Positions 17,666 to 27,506 of a stretch of 38,057 bases of DNA are shown piece after piece. A program made the position numbers and the translations under genes. The notes beneath the pieces were generated by a model. The model saw only the letters and a program-made list of their open reading frames with translations. It ran no database searches and was not told the origin of the DNA. The DNA comes from a virus (Duplodnaviria; Caudoviricetes), in IMG/VR virus record IMGVR_UViG_3300042566_001761, positions 1 through 38,057 of that record. One strand, written 5' to 3'. Every line of letters starts with the position of its first letter. Within the stretch, counting starts at the first letter, position 1.

Positions 17666-20600
17666 TTAAATAAATTTCATTTTTGGTTCAATAATTAAAC
17701 TTAGCTTGCCGGTCGTTTTTAGAGGAACTCTTAACTGAACGGCTAGCCCGTTTTTAATATTTATTTGGACTCCTTCCAGCTTCTTATATCCTAACGCGTA
17801 GCGTTCGGCAGCAGTTTTAGTAATTATTTCTAAACCAGTAGGTTTTCCTTTATCTTCTAGGTACCAGATGTCTAATTGATCAATCGCGTAATTTGGAAGA
17901 ATATTTTCAATTGCATACTGTTTAACATATGTATTAAAATCGTAAGATCCTAGCATTTCTGGATTTCTTAGGGTTGGGTCAATATTAAAACTCGCAAGAA
18001 TTTGTGCATTTAGTCCAAGATCCAAAACCTTTTTTGCAAAAACATTAGTTAAATTTATATCAAGTTGAGCATCTGCTGTATTAACTTTATACAAAATATC
18101 AGATTCCCTATTAATATAGTCTGTTGAAATTGAAGGAAACTCTGTAATTTCACTAGCTGTAACTGAATCTATTTCGATTGAAGTCGGAAGAGATGCAAGT
18201 TTTGCCATAAAGTACGAGTCTTCTGCAATACGTCTAGTCCCAAACGCTGGAATAGATTCAGTTTTATTGGTATACTCTAAATGGAATCCATAATCCCAGT
18301 TTGATGCTAATAAGTATAAATCTCCACTTGAGATTGGGGTTTCTCCAATTAACTCAAACATTGGCTTATATTTGTCATTACCCTCAAGTTCCAAAATCTT
18401 CTTTTCGGAAACTTTAATATGTTCAAACCCTTTAACCTCAAAGAAGCGGTTTGCAATTGGATTAAATTTACAATTCGCATCCTTAACTACTTCTGCATTT
18501 AGCGTAGTATCTGGCATAAATGCAGTAACTTCTCTGAATATTGGAGAATAGGTTGAACCGTGTCTTCTTAAGTAAATCGGATTTTGTAAATATGATTCAG
18601 CTGCAGTATATCCAACTAAATTTGATGCTTGTCTTTTACTTGTAGTTTCAGCTTGGGTTAATTGGATATTAATAGGAGAAACGGTTGGAAGTTTTAATTT
18701 TTCAACAATAGTTGCTTCCTCTAATTCAATATAAAATTGATTTGTACTAACTGTGCCATTTGAATAAGTTGTATATGTAATATTAGAGCGACCTCTTTCG
18801 ATTGATCTCTTAAATTCATTAAAACTTAGTCTCTTAAATAAACCTTTATAATATGATTCGCCGCCTAATAAGAATGCAAAATTAATATTTTCCCAATGGC
18901 TTGTATCTAATGAAGGAATTGAGGAATCTCTCTTAATAATTTTATCAAAATTAAATGTAGTAGTTCCACTTGAAGTTTGAGAAACTGGTAAACTTGTAAA
19001 TAGAATTTCGCCTATGCCGGAATCAGAGTTCATTGCTATTCCATTTGGTAAAATTTCTGAAATACCAGATTGATTATCTAATCTATAGATAACCTGATCA
19101 ATTATCCTAAGTAATCTCTTATTAGTATCTCCAGTATAAGGTAAAATATTAAATGCTGAATTTGTTTCAGATGCTAACAATTGAGCGTTTGGATAAGTAT
19201 ATCCAGTTGCACCAGTCGAAGTATTTTTTAATTCTAAAACATCAATAACATTTATTAGAGAAGTGCTTACTGGTGCAACTCTATTTTGTATAGCAATTGC
19301 ATGTCTAATTTCAGATTGATAGAAATTAATTGGGGCCACCGTATTTTTTTGGAAAAATTTAATATTTACAGGAGAAGACGTTGCTGTAGCATTTGCAGAA
19401 AGAGTTATCTTAGGTTTAGGCTGATTGTTTACATCAAGAACCGTATTATCTACTGCAACGATGAAAGCACCCGCTGGAATACCGGTACCTGTTACATACA
19501 CCTTATTTGATGCACTATAATTTGCTCCACTTGGATCTCCATATGAAGTTACATCTAGATTTATTCCATCTAATAAGTAAATATCTGGGCTGCCTGAAGT
19601 TATCTCTGCAACCTGATTTTGTTTAACAATATTTGATAAAATAGATTTACTAATGGTTAAAGTGGTTCCACTAATTGCAGTAACGGTTGTTCCAAACTGT
19701 GACCAACCTGCAATATCAACCTCTGCTCCAATTAAGATTGGAGTTGCTGGAGTTGCGCTTAAAACAATGGTTGAAGAACCTGCTTCAACACTTGCCGTAA
19801 GAGGAGTTGGAGTTATTGTACTTCCAATAATGGCTGTTTGATTAACAAATGACGATTTAATGCTATTTGAATTAACCAATCGATCTTTAATAAATGGATA
19901 TAGACTTAAGCCAGATGGTAAATATGAATTATTTTCAGTCGTTGTAATACCTTGGCTAGTTCCACCTGGAAGAGTGATTGTATTAAGAGATTGACCTTGT
20001 CCATTTGAACCTAATCCATTTGCGTCAATTGGAAATTCTATGGTAAAGTTTTCAGGATAGGTTTGACCAAATACTTTTGTTGAAGTATTATCCTTAAACG
20101 ATAGCATACTATTTTTATTAACTTTACTAATTTCATCAATAATTTGGATATCCGTACCCCCGTCTAAAGAAAATATAAAAGGTAAACCATTATAATTAAC
20201 AAGTGTTGATAAATCAAAGCTATTTACTAAATTTATACTACTAAAACTTTCAGGTAACGTATTATACTTTTTATTTTTTGCATAATACATAAATGCTAGT
20301 GTAATATCAGAAATTGGCTTATTTCCGGCTGGAGTTGAAACAGAGCTTATATTAATTTTATAATCTGAGAATGAATTGTCCATATTATTAAATACATGCT
20401 CTTCAGTTGGAGCAAGACCTCCAGTTTTAGTTACAACTAGGCTCTTAGGCGAAGTTACCATACTTGTAACTTTCTTACCTAATCTTAATTCAATTACTAG
20501 AGTGATAAATTTAAAATCTCTAGACTCAATGAATTTAAATTGTATTGGGTTTTCTCCTGAATATGGAGTATCTTCAATTACCTTTAAGATTGAGGTAAAT

Positions 20601-23600
20601 CTATAATCATTAAATCTATTTGATTCTCTAACATATTTAAGTGCTCCAGATAATTCTTTTTCTGTAGTATTAGGGACAACTTCTTTAAAAACAAACTTAA
20701 TTCCTTTAAAAATAGTTTTAGCAAGGCCAGTCAATTTATCCTTTTTAACTTTTGAGAAACGGTATTGCGTTCTAGCACATGGAGTTAAAACTGAGTTGTT
20801 TAGATAACTAGGAGTAAAAATAAAATAGTCTTCGAAATAACCCTCTTGGGTTACAGCTAAGGTTGGATCAAACGGTGTATCAAAATATAACTTATTTTGT
20901 GATGCCGCAGTTATATCATGAATATAGTCATATAGTGATTCAATATAAAACCACTCATGTGTCATCGAACTTGAATCGGGTTCAGCCTTATTTGGTTCAG
21001 GCGAAAAGTTATTTACACCAAATACTGTGTCAGCATTAAGCCTATATGGATTTGATCTAGAATCAAGAGAACCGTCTGCTCCCCATTTACAAATGTATTT
21101 AACTAGACGATTTTTTCCAGCATTTTCTAATAAAAATCTTTCATAGTTGGAATCGTACTCAGATGATATTTTTCCACTAGTAAATCTATCTCTATAGATA
21201 TAGGAAGAAGTCTTGGTTGGACTAGATTCCGCATAATCTGAAGTAATTGTAAAAAATCCTTTAAAGTCTAAAATATCTGGATTGTTCTCGGCAAGTTCTA
21301 CATCATACGTTGGAGTATTTACAGAAAGAGCCGGAATAACAAATGGATCACCAGTTATTTTTGAAAAACTAACAACGGTTGGAACACTAGTTTTTTCAAT
21401 TAGGTCTCCATCTTGATATGTAGTTGATCCAATTTTAATATCTCCATTTAATACTCTATACGCAGATTTTCCTAAATTAATCATATTTACACCCTCTGGT
21501 ATAAACGACGATTTCCAAACATCACTTAGTTGAATCGATGCATATTGGCTATCAATGTGATCAAAATCAAAGTCTTTAATTGGTATAATTGATAGAGCAC
21601 TTACACTAGGTTTAAACTTCTTTTTAAATTGGACTAGGCCAAACTTTAATAGGGCTTCTGTTCCAGCTTCAGTTAGAATGTTTATATTATTATCGTAATA
21701 ATTAACCGCAAATATTTTATCAACTTCAGTAGTAAAGGTGTTTTCACTAATATAGTCAATGCTCTTTATAATGTTTTCAATTTCAACCCATCCAGATGGA
21801 GATTGAACTAAAATATCTGCCTTATTTGCATGCAATTTATCAAAATACTGGCCATCTACTGAAATATGTGAGGCTAGGGCTGAACCTGGCTCAAAGTTTA
21901 CAACTGGACAGCCTATAACAATAGTTTGATCAAGATTACCTATACCAAATGTTAGAGTTTTAATACCGGCGTCTGCAATTAGCGAACCCAACATATAATT
22001 GGTTTGATTAATACTCGGAAGAGACTCTCCATAAACAATGTAATCGCTACTAGTTAAGTCAATAGTTGTACTACTAGCAGATCCCAATAAGTCTGCTGCA
22101 GTTTTTCTAAATTCTGGAGAATCTGATATTGAAACTTTGGGCTCATCTGTAGATGGAATATATTGAGCAGCATATTCTAATGAAACGTTACCTTCGCTGT
22201 TTACAACAATAAAAATTCTATTATCCTGTGAGTATGCTTTAAATCCACTGTTTTGGATAGCATTAATTGCTAAAGTTAAAGATTCTGCAATTTGATGCAA
22301 ATTAGTCTCCAAGTCCTCTTGTGGAACTACGTCAACGCTATAGAAAAATTGATCTGGACCAAACTCGTTATAGACGGCAAGCGCATCTAAAACTGGAGAA
22401 CCTCCATAGGAGAATCCTGCAACTGCGCTAATCGTTTCATATCGTTTAGAATTTTGGTTTGTTGCCTTTCCATTAGGATAATATATTCTAATTTGATCTA
22501 GGTGGTTTGGTATATCATTAAGTGTAATTTCAATAAATGATCGGATTCCACCCTTAGTATAATTGGCAGAATCTTCCATAAAAGTTTCAGTTGGTCCGTG
22601 TAATAGAGATAAATCAATTGACTTGCTTGTAATCTTTAGTTTAGAGTTTGCAGCGTCTACTTGGGAAATCTTATGTAAATTTCCAGACTTATCTTCAATT
22701 GAAAGAATACCTGCTCCTCCTAATTCAGTTAATGCAGTCGAAACAGATTGTGGAATTGCATGAAATTTTAAGTCTAATCCATTTGAATTAGTTTGGGTAA
22801 ATGACGTTTGAGCATATTCATATGAATTGGGATTAGTTAGAGTTGGCGTATTTAAACCTAATGCAGCATGGTCGCTTAAATCAAAATCCAATTCTGCTAA
22901 ATCTACAGTATTACAGTAAATTCCAAAGTATCTATTAAATTCAAAATCATCTGATGAATCATCAAATAAAAATTCTAAGTTTAGAATATAAGGGTAAATA
23001 ATAGAGTTTCGCTCATAGCCAAGAGTTACATATTCTTCAAAATCTGTAATAGTCTTTCCACCAATAATTAATTCCTGTAGATTTTCAAACTTTTCGGTAA
23101 AACATCCCGCTTTATAAGCAATACCAGAATACGAAGAAAGTAGACCTCTATTAAAAGGAAAATTTAAAGTATTCTCTGGAAAAAGAGGATTACTTTGCAT
23201 TTTTTTAATGTACTTTCCTATATGTGAATCTACACCAAGATCAAAGGTTTTAATAATTTGAGCCTTATTTAATAGACTTGCAAGGTGAGTCGGTTTATCG
23301 TATGGGTAGTTGGATTTAGTTTCAGAAATCGTCAAATTACTTGCACCAGGTATTTTAAATATTACAAATTTCTCTGGAATTTCTTTATTTAAATAAATTG
23401 GAGCAAAGTACTTAAATTTTTCAGCATAACTTTTAGAAATACAATATCTTGCTCCAGAAAAATATTCAGAAAAATCATATTGGTCTGCAAAATTAGCAGA
23501 AGTTGAATTTAATGAAACATTAGTTTTTACATCAAACACAATAGACTCTGGTGTATTACCATTGCTAAAAAATCTATACAAGTTAGAATCATGCTGCGAA

Positions 23601-23785
23601 GTTGGATCAATTGGATATGCTTTATACTTATCTTTAGCTAATTCTGTATTTGCATCGATTGATTCAAAAAATAAGTTTTGGCCAGAATCTACTACAAGCT
23701 TAATATTTCCAGTAAGCTTAGGGTTTGTTCTGACCAATCCAAATGATGTGTCAAAGGGTGTAATCTTTTTATAAGATAATGCCAC
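17666..23785 (-). CDS. Very large virion structural protein, probably baseplate-associated (2039 aa)
   Basis: Uninterrupted ORF with GTG start inside the structural operon; no enzyme motif recognised; internal beta-repeat modules (GTTVTAISGTTLTIS; VTGTGIPAGAFIVAV...ITLSANAT). Function inferred from context. Confidence 0.6.
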   Translation of the reverse strand: MALSYKKITPFDTSFGLVRTNPKLTGNIKLVVDSGQNLFFESIDANTELAKDKYKAYPIDPTSQHDSNLYRFFSNGNTPESIVFDVKTNVSLNSTSANFADQYDFSEYFSGARYCISKSYAEKFKYFAPIYLNKEIPEKFVIFKIPGASNLTISETKSNYPYDKPTHLASLLNKAQIIKTFDLGVDSHIGKYIKKMQSNPLFPENTLNFPFNRGLLSSYSGIAYKAGCFTEKFENLQELIIGGKTITDFEEYVTLGYERNSIIYPYILNLEFLFDDSSDDFEFNRYFGIYCNTVDLAELDFDLSDHAALGLNTPTLTNPNSYEYAQTSFTQTNSNGLDLKFHAIPQSVSTALTELGGAGILSIEDKSGNLHKISQVDAANSKLKITSKSIDLSLLHGPTETFMEDSANYTKGGIRSFIEITLNDIPNHLDQIRIYYPNGKATNQNSKRYETISAVAGFSYGGSPVLDALAVYNEFGPDQFFYSVDVVPQEDLETNLHQIAESLTLAINAIQNSGFKAYSQDNRIFIVVNSEGNVSLEYAAQYIPSTDEPKVSISDSPEFRKTAADLLGSASSTTIDLTSSDYIVYGESLPSINQTNYMLGSLIADAGIKTLTFGIGNLDQTIVIGCPVVNFEPGSALASHISVDGQYFDKLHANKADILVQSPSGWVEIENIIKSIDYISENTFTTEVDKIFAVNYYDNNINILTEAGTEALLKFGLVQFKKKFKPSVSALSIIPIKDFDFDHIDSQYASIQLSDVWKSSFIPEGVNMINLGKSAYRVLNGDIKIGSTTYQDGDLIEKTSVPTVVSFSKITGDPFVIPALSVNTPTYDVELAENNPDILDFKGFFTITSDYAESSPTKTSSYIYRDRFTSGKISSEYDSNYERFLLENAGKNRLVKYICKWGADGSLDSRSNPYRLNADTVFGVNNFSPEPNKAEPDSSSMTHEWFYIESLYDYIHDITAASQNKLYFDTPFDPTLAVTQEGYFEDYFIFTPSYLNNSVLTPCARTQYRFSKVKKDKLTGLAKTIFKGIKFVFKEVVPNTTEKELSGALKYVRESNRFNDYRFTSILKVIEDTPYSGENPIQFKFIESRDFKFITLVIELRLGKKVTSMVTSPKSLVVTKTGGLAPTEEHVFNNMDNSFSDYKINISSVSTPAGNKPISDITLAFMYYAKNKKYNTLPESFSSINLVNSFDLSTLVNYNGLPFIFSLDGGTDIQIIDEISKVNKNSMLSFKDNTSTKVFGQTYPENFTIEFPIDANGLGSNGQGQSLNTITLPGGTSQGITTTENNSYLPSGLSLYPFIKDRLVNSNSIKSSFVNQTAIIGSTITPTPLTASVEAGSSTIVLSATPATPILIGAEVDIAGWSQFGTTVTAISGTTLTISKSILSNIVKQNQVAEITSGSPDIYLLDGINLDVTSYGDPSGANYSASNKVYVTGTGIPAGAFIVAVDNTVLDVNNQPKPKITLSANATATSSPVNIKFFQKNTVAPINFYQSEIRHAIAIQNRVAPVSTSLINVIDVLELKNTSTGATGYTYPNAQLLASETNSAFNILPYTGDTNKRLLRIIDQVIYRLDNQSGISEILPNGIAMNSDSGIGEILFTSLPVSQTSSGTTTFNFDKIIKRDSSIPSLDTSHWENINFAFLLGGESYYKGLFKRLSFNEFKRSIERGRSNITYTTYSNGTVSTNQFYIELEEATIVEKLKLPTVSPINIQLTQAETTSKRQASNLVGYTAAESYLQNPIYLRRHGSTYSPIFREVTAFMPDTTLNAEVVKDANCKFNPIANRFFEVKGFEHIKVSEKKILELEGNDKYKPMFELIGETPISSGDLYLLASNWDYGFHLEYTNKTESIPAFGTRRIAEDSYFMAKLASLPTSIEIDSVTASEITEFPSISTDYINRESDILYKVNTADAQLDINLTNVFAKKVLDLGLNAQILASFNIDPTLRNPEMLGSYDFNTYVKQYAIENILPNYAIDQLDIWYLEDKGKPTGLEIITKTAAERYALGYKKLEGVQINIKNGLAVQLRVPLKTTGKLSLIIEPKMKFI

Positions 23786-23807
23786 GTGATTCTACTTAAT
23801 TTTTATA

Positions 23808-26800
23808 TTACATAAAATTAGTGATCGAAGAATTCATGGATAAATTAAATGCTGAGTTTTTAAGAATATCAGTTAAGTCTGATATGTAAACTCCGCCTCC
23901 ACCGCCTCCGCCAGCTGAAACTGGTGTAAATATAGTTGGCGATGTAATAATTGTATCACGCTGATGCTTACCACTAACTTGAATATCAAATTCAAACAAT
24001 CCACTCTTTGTGTAAATGTCCAATCCGATAATTTTTGTATATGTAATGTTGGTTAATTTTTGACCGGTTGACCAGCCTCCAATTTCACCGATTTTATCAG
24101 TTGTTCTAAATTGAAAAACTACAGGTACTGTTATTGACGCAGCAGATCCAGCCATAACTGTACGTTTAGAAGATCTAGCGTTTGAACCATCTACTGAAAT
24201 TGATGCATAAGATTGCGGCATCATAAATAAGTATGCGCCACATGTCTTTTTACCGATTAGGTAATCATCGCCTGTACCAAATCCCAATTTAATTGGAAAA
24301 GTATCTAGTGCAGTGTATAGTGCTCCGCCGTATGCCGATGGAGAAACTGGTGTAACTCTTTCTGCTTGAGCGTAATACGGTACGCCAAATTCATTTGTTC
24401 CTGCTTCAGCACTTGTATTAAAGTGAATTGCTTGAGAAAAGGGCAAATATTTTTGAGCAGTACTTGTTATAGTATTATTAGAGAATTCATAAACAGAATT
24501 TGTAGTTAATCCTAAGAAAATATTGTTAATTGTTGTAGTTGAAACAGGGGAAGAAACTGTACCTAGCACTGAAAAATATGGATGGTCTTTGTGAATACAA
24601 AACTCAGTAAGGGTTCCATTTCCTTGACCTACACCATTTGCAACAGTTCCATTCCAAACCTCGGCAGTACTTCCACCAAGCGGAATAGTTGGTAGATAAT
24701 GTCCTCCCATATAATTAGGTTTTCCAGAAACTGCATTTGTTGATTGACTAAATGTATAGTTTTGGTTTGTAAAATATGAAGATGGATTAGTATTTGATCC
24801 AAATGCTGAGGAGTCGATTAAATCTCCATAATATAATTTCTTTCCATTATCTGCACTATAATATCTAGCGTATACATATTGGCTTTTTACTTGAGAAGAT
24901 TGATAACCGGTTCTTTGAGTAAATGCAGCAAAGCTTGCGCTAGAAACTCCATTTAGGTTTATTGGAGCTTTATCATATCTTAGGTATGCATTATATTGAG
25001 TATCTGTGTTTGCACCTGGGAAAGAAGTTGGAGCAGCCACGCCAATTCCTCCACCTAATGTTGAAATTAATTCTAGTGGGGTTTGTGAAGCATTTCTGAT
25101 CTTTACTTGGTATTCCTTTGATACAATCTTTCCTTTATCTAGAGCACCATCTGATAATTTAGCAGAGTCTACATAATAACCAGCAAATAAGTCAACAGTT
25201 TGTCCGTTTGTAACCTGTACTTCACTTCCATCTGGTGTAACAATGCTAACAATAAGTTCAGCACTTGCAGTTGAAAGTGATGCTTGAATTGCAGAAAGAG
25301 AATCTGCAATTTCCTTTAATTTATCATATAAAGAAATTGCTGTACCGTCCGCTAAGAAAAATCCAGATGAAATTGAATCTGTTGTGTGCGAATAGTATTT
25401 GTCTTTACTACTAAAAGAGGTAGATAAGTGAAGATCTAATCCTCTAGCATTAAGTTCTTCTTGTAAAGCAATTCGACTTTCGTCTGCCATTGCTTGTTGC
25501 GCAATTAGCGTATTTTCCTCAGACGATTGAATATTTGATGGAAAATCTACAGTAATAGATTCTGACCATTCGGATTCAACTGGGTTATCTGGAAAACCTG
25601 CTTCAGATAGAGATTTAATTTTAATTTCTACTGATTCGCCTTTTCTAATTGCAATATCTAATTGATTAATATTAACTGAGTTTGGGTCAGCTACGTTTTC
25701 TTCTGTCCATTCATATAAACCGGTTGTTGAATTATAAATCTTTTGTTTAGATTTAGTTAAAACTTCAGTCCATGGAGAAAAATATCCAGTGCGCTGAGCT
25801 CCAGTTGAATCAGTAAATGTAATAGGGTCAGCAGCTGATGCGTCTTTATTTGAACTTAAATATCTATATGCAATTTTAAATTGAACAGTTTTTTGTAGTC
25901 CATATGGAGAATCAATATCTGCTGGAATTTCCCAAAAACCTCTAACTCTATATTTAGGTGATACGCTAAATTCCGGTGAAGTTTTTACATTTAGTGAAAG
26001 CTCCTTAACTACAGTTGATAATTGAGAAAATGACTGAGCTCTTGCTGCAGTTTTATTATTTAAGTCCGACTGTGCTTTTAAACGAATTGCATCGTTTTGG
26101 TTACCAGAAGAATTTATTGTTTGTTTAAGAGTAACAATAGATTTATCAATTTCTCTTAAGTTTGAAGTAATTGATTCCTTTTGGGAAACTAGGTTTTTTA
26201 CAGTTGATGCAGAATCTGTATTTGTTACATGCGAATCAATTTGTAAAACCTTAAAGTTAGCTGCGTTTAGAGTTGGAGAATTTGGTTGAAATCCTAATGA
26301 ATTAGGAAGTTTCTTTTCTTTAGCAAAAGATAAGAATAATAGACCAAAGTCTGCAACGAAATTATTATAATATTCGTTTAGCGTTAAATTTTGACCGCTT
26401 TGTAAAGTAATTTGTAATTCATTTGTGTAAATTCCAAATCCATTTGATATAAAATCAACAGTTAAGTCCATTTTTGAACTAATTGGTTTAATAAAGATAA
26501 TTTCTCTTTCATTGTAACCAATATTTACAGCAAGGACAGGAGATCTATATAGTTCTGGTTTAATTCTTAAATTTTCAAAAAGAACAATACCATCTGAACC
26601 AAATACTCGTTTTAGAATAACTGACTTATCTTTAGTATCAACTGATTCGACTAAATATTCTGAGTTTTCCTCAGTTATTAATCTTGCACCAACTGATAAT
26701 TCGCGACGCTGAGCCGCTGGCGTAGATCCAGTAACATCAGTGTATTCTAATTTGTCTAAAACATATTTAATTTTACTGTAGCTTAAGATTTCGCCATTAA

Positions 26801-27506
26801 TTGTTTCAGGCACAGTAATTTCAGAAATAGATTGAACTTTAAATGTTCCTCTATATCTATTAATTGCACCAGGCAAATCAACGATATTAGTATCTTCAAA
26901 ATATGAAATTCCATTATTTACAAGATCTGTTAATAGAGTTGTGTAATTTACAGTATTTTTACCTTTATAATTATTATCAAAGTACGTAATTAAATCTGCA
27001 TCTTCGCCAACGTTTAGAATAACGCGTCTAACTTCAAATTTTGAAATATCATCAGATACATAATTTGTAACATCAATTGGTACGTACAAAAGAGGGCTAA
27101 GAAAACTTTCAAAAAACCAGTTATTTTTAGTTTTAAATCTAGTAGGTAACCCTAAACTTGCATCACCAATTTTTTCTAAATCAGTTATGGTTTTGGTGAT
27201 ATCGTTTAATTCAAATCTCTTAACGTTTCCTTGATCGTCTTTAACTCCAATTGTACTGTTATTCGCATTAAGAAGAGTCTTAAATTTAGTATCAATCTCT
27301 TCAATTCTACCGTTCATATATCCAATAGACGGAATAGGAATAGTTGTGCTTGTAGTTGGATCGTCAGAATTAATTTGAGTAACTTCAACTTGACTAGAAT
27401 TTGTAGTTAAAGCCTGGTTCATTTTTGAAATAAGCTCCTGCGCATTAGCAGTTTGCACGCCAAGCGAATTTAAGATCTCTGATAAAGAATTAGTTCCTTC
27501 AGCCAT
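23808..27506 (-). CDS. Large virion structural protein with central coiled coil (1232 aa)
   Basis: Long ORF coupled (TAATG) to the upstream gene; heptad-like region VKNLVSQKESITSNLREIDKSIVTLKQTIN; beta-sandwich segment KYRVRGFW...VEIKIKSLSEAG...SEWS. Confidence 0.6.
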   Translation of the reverse strand: MAEGTNSLSEILNSLGVQTANAQELISKMNQALTTNSSQVEVTQINSDDPTTSTTIPIPSIGYMNGRIEEIDTKFKTLLNANNSTIGVKDDQGNVKRFELNDITKTITDLEKIGDASLGLPTRFKTKNNWFFESFLSPLLYVPIDVTNYVSDDISKFEVRRVILNVGEDADLITYFDNNYKGKNTVNYTTLLTDLVNNGISYFEDTNIVDLPGAINRYRGTFKVQSISEITVPETINGEILSYSKIKYVLDKLEYTDVTGSTPAAQRRELSVGARLITEENSEYLVESVDTKDKSVILKRVFGSDGIVLFENLRIKPELYRSPVLAVNIGYNEREIIFIKPISSKMDLTVDFISNGFGIYTNELQITLQSGQNLTLNEYYNNFVADFGLLFLSFAKEKKLPNSLGFQPNSPTLNAANFKVLQIDSHVTNTDSASTVKNLVSQKESITSNLREIDKSIVTLKQTINSSGNQNDAIRLKAQSDLNNKTAARAQSFSQLSTVVKELSLNVKTSPEFSVSPKYRVRGFWEIPADIDSPYGLQKTVQFKIAYRYLSSNKDASAADPITFTDSTGAQRTGYFSPWTEVLTKSKQKIYNSTTGLYEWTEENVADPNSVNINQLDIAIRKGESVEIKIKSLSEAGFPDNPVESEWSESITVDFPSNIQSSEENTLIAQQAMADESRIALQEELNARGLDLHLSTSFSSKDKYYSHTTDSISSGFFLADGTAISLYDKLKEIADSLSAIQASLSTASAELIVSIVTPDGSEVQVTNGQTVDLFAGYYVDSAKLSDGALDKGKIVSKEYQVKIRNASQTPLELISTLGGGIGVAAPTSFPGANTDTQYNAYLRYDKAPINLNGVSSASFAAFTQRTGYQSSQVKSQYVYARYYSADNGKKLYYGDLIDSSAFGSNTNPSSYFTNQNYTFSQSTNAVSGKPNYMGGHYLPTIPLGGSTAEVWNGTVANGVGQGNGTLTEFCIHKDHPYFSVLGTVSSPVSTTTINNIFLGLTTNSVYEFSNNTITSTAQKYLPFSQAIHFNTSAEAGTNEFGVPYYAQAERVTPVSPSAYGGALYTALDTFPIKLGFGTGDDYLIGKKTCGAYLFMMPQSYASISVDGSNARSSKRTVMAGSAASITVPVVFQFRTTDKIGEIGGWSTGQKLTNITYTKIIGLDIYTKSGLFEFDIQVSGKHQRDTIITSPTIFTPVSAGGGGGGGVYISDLTDILKNSAFNLSMNSSITNFM

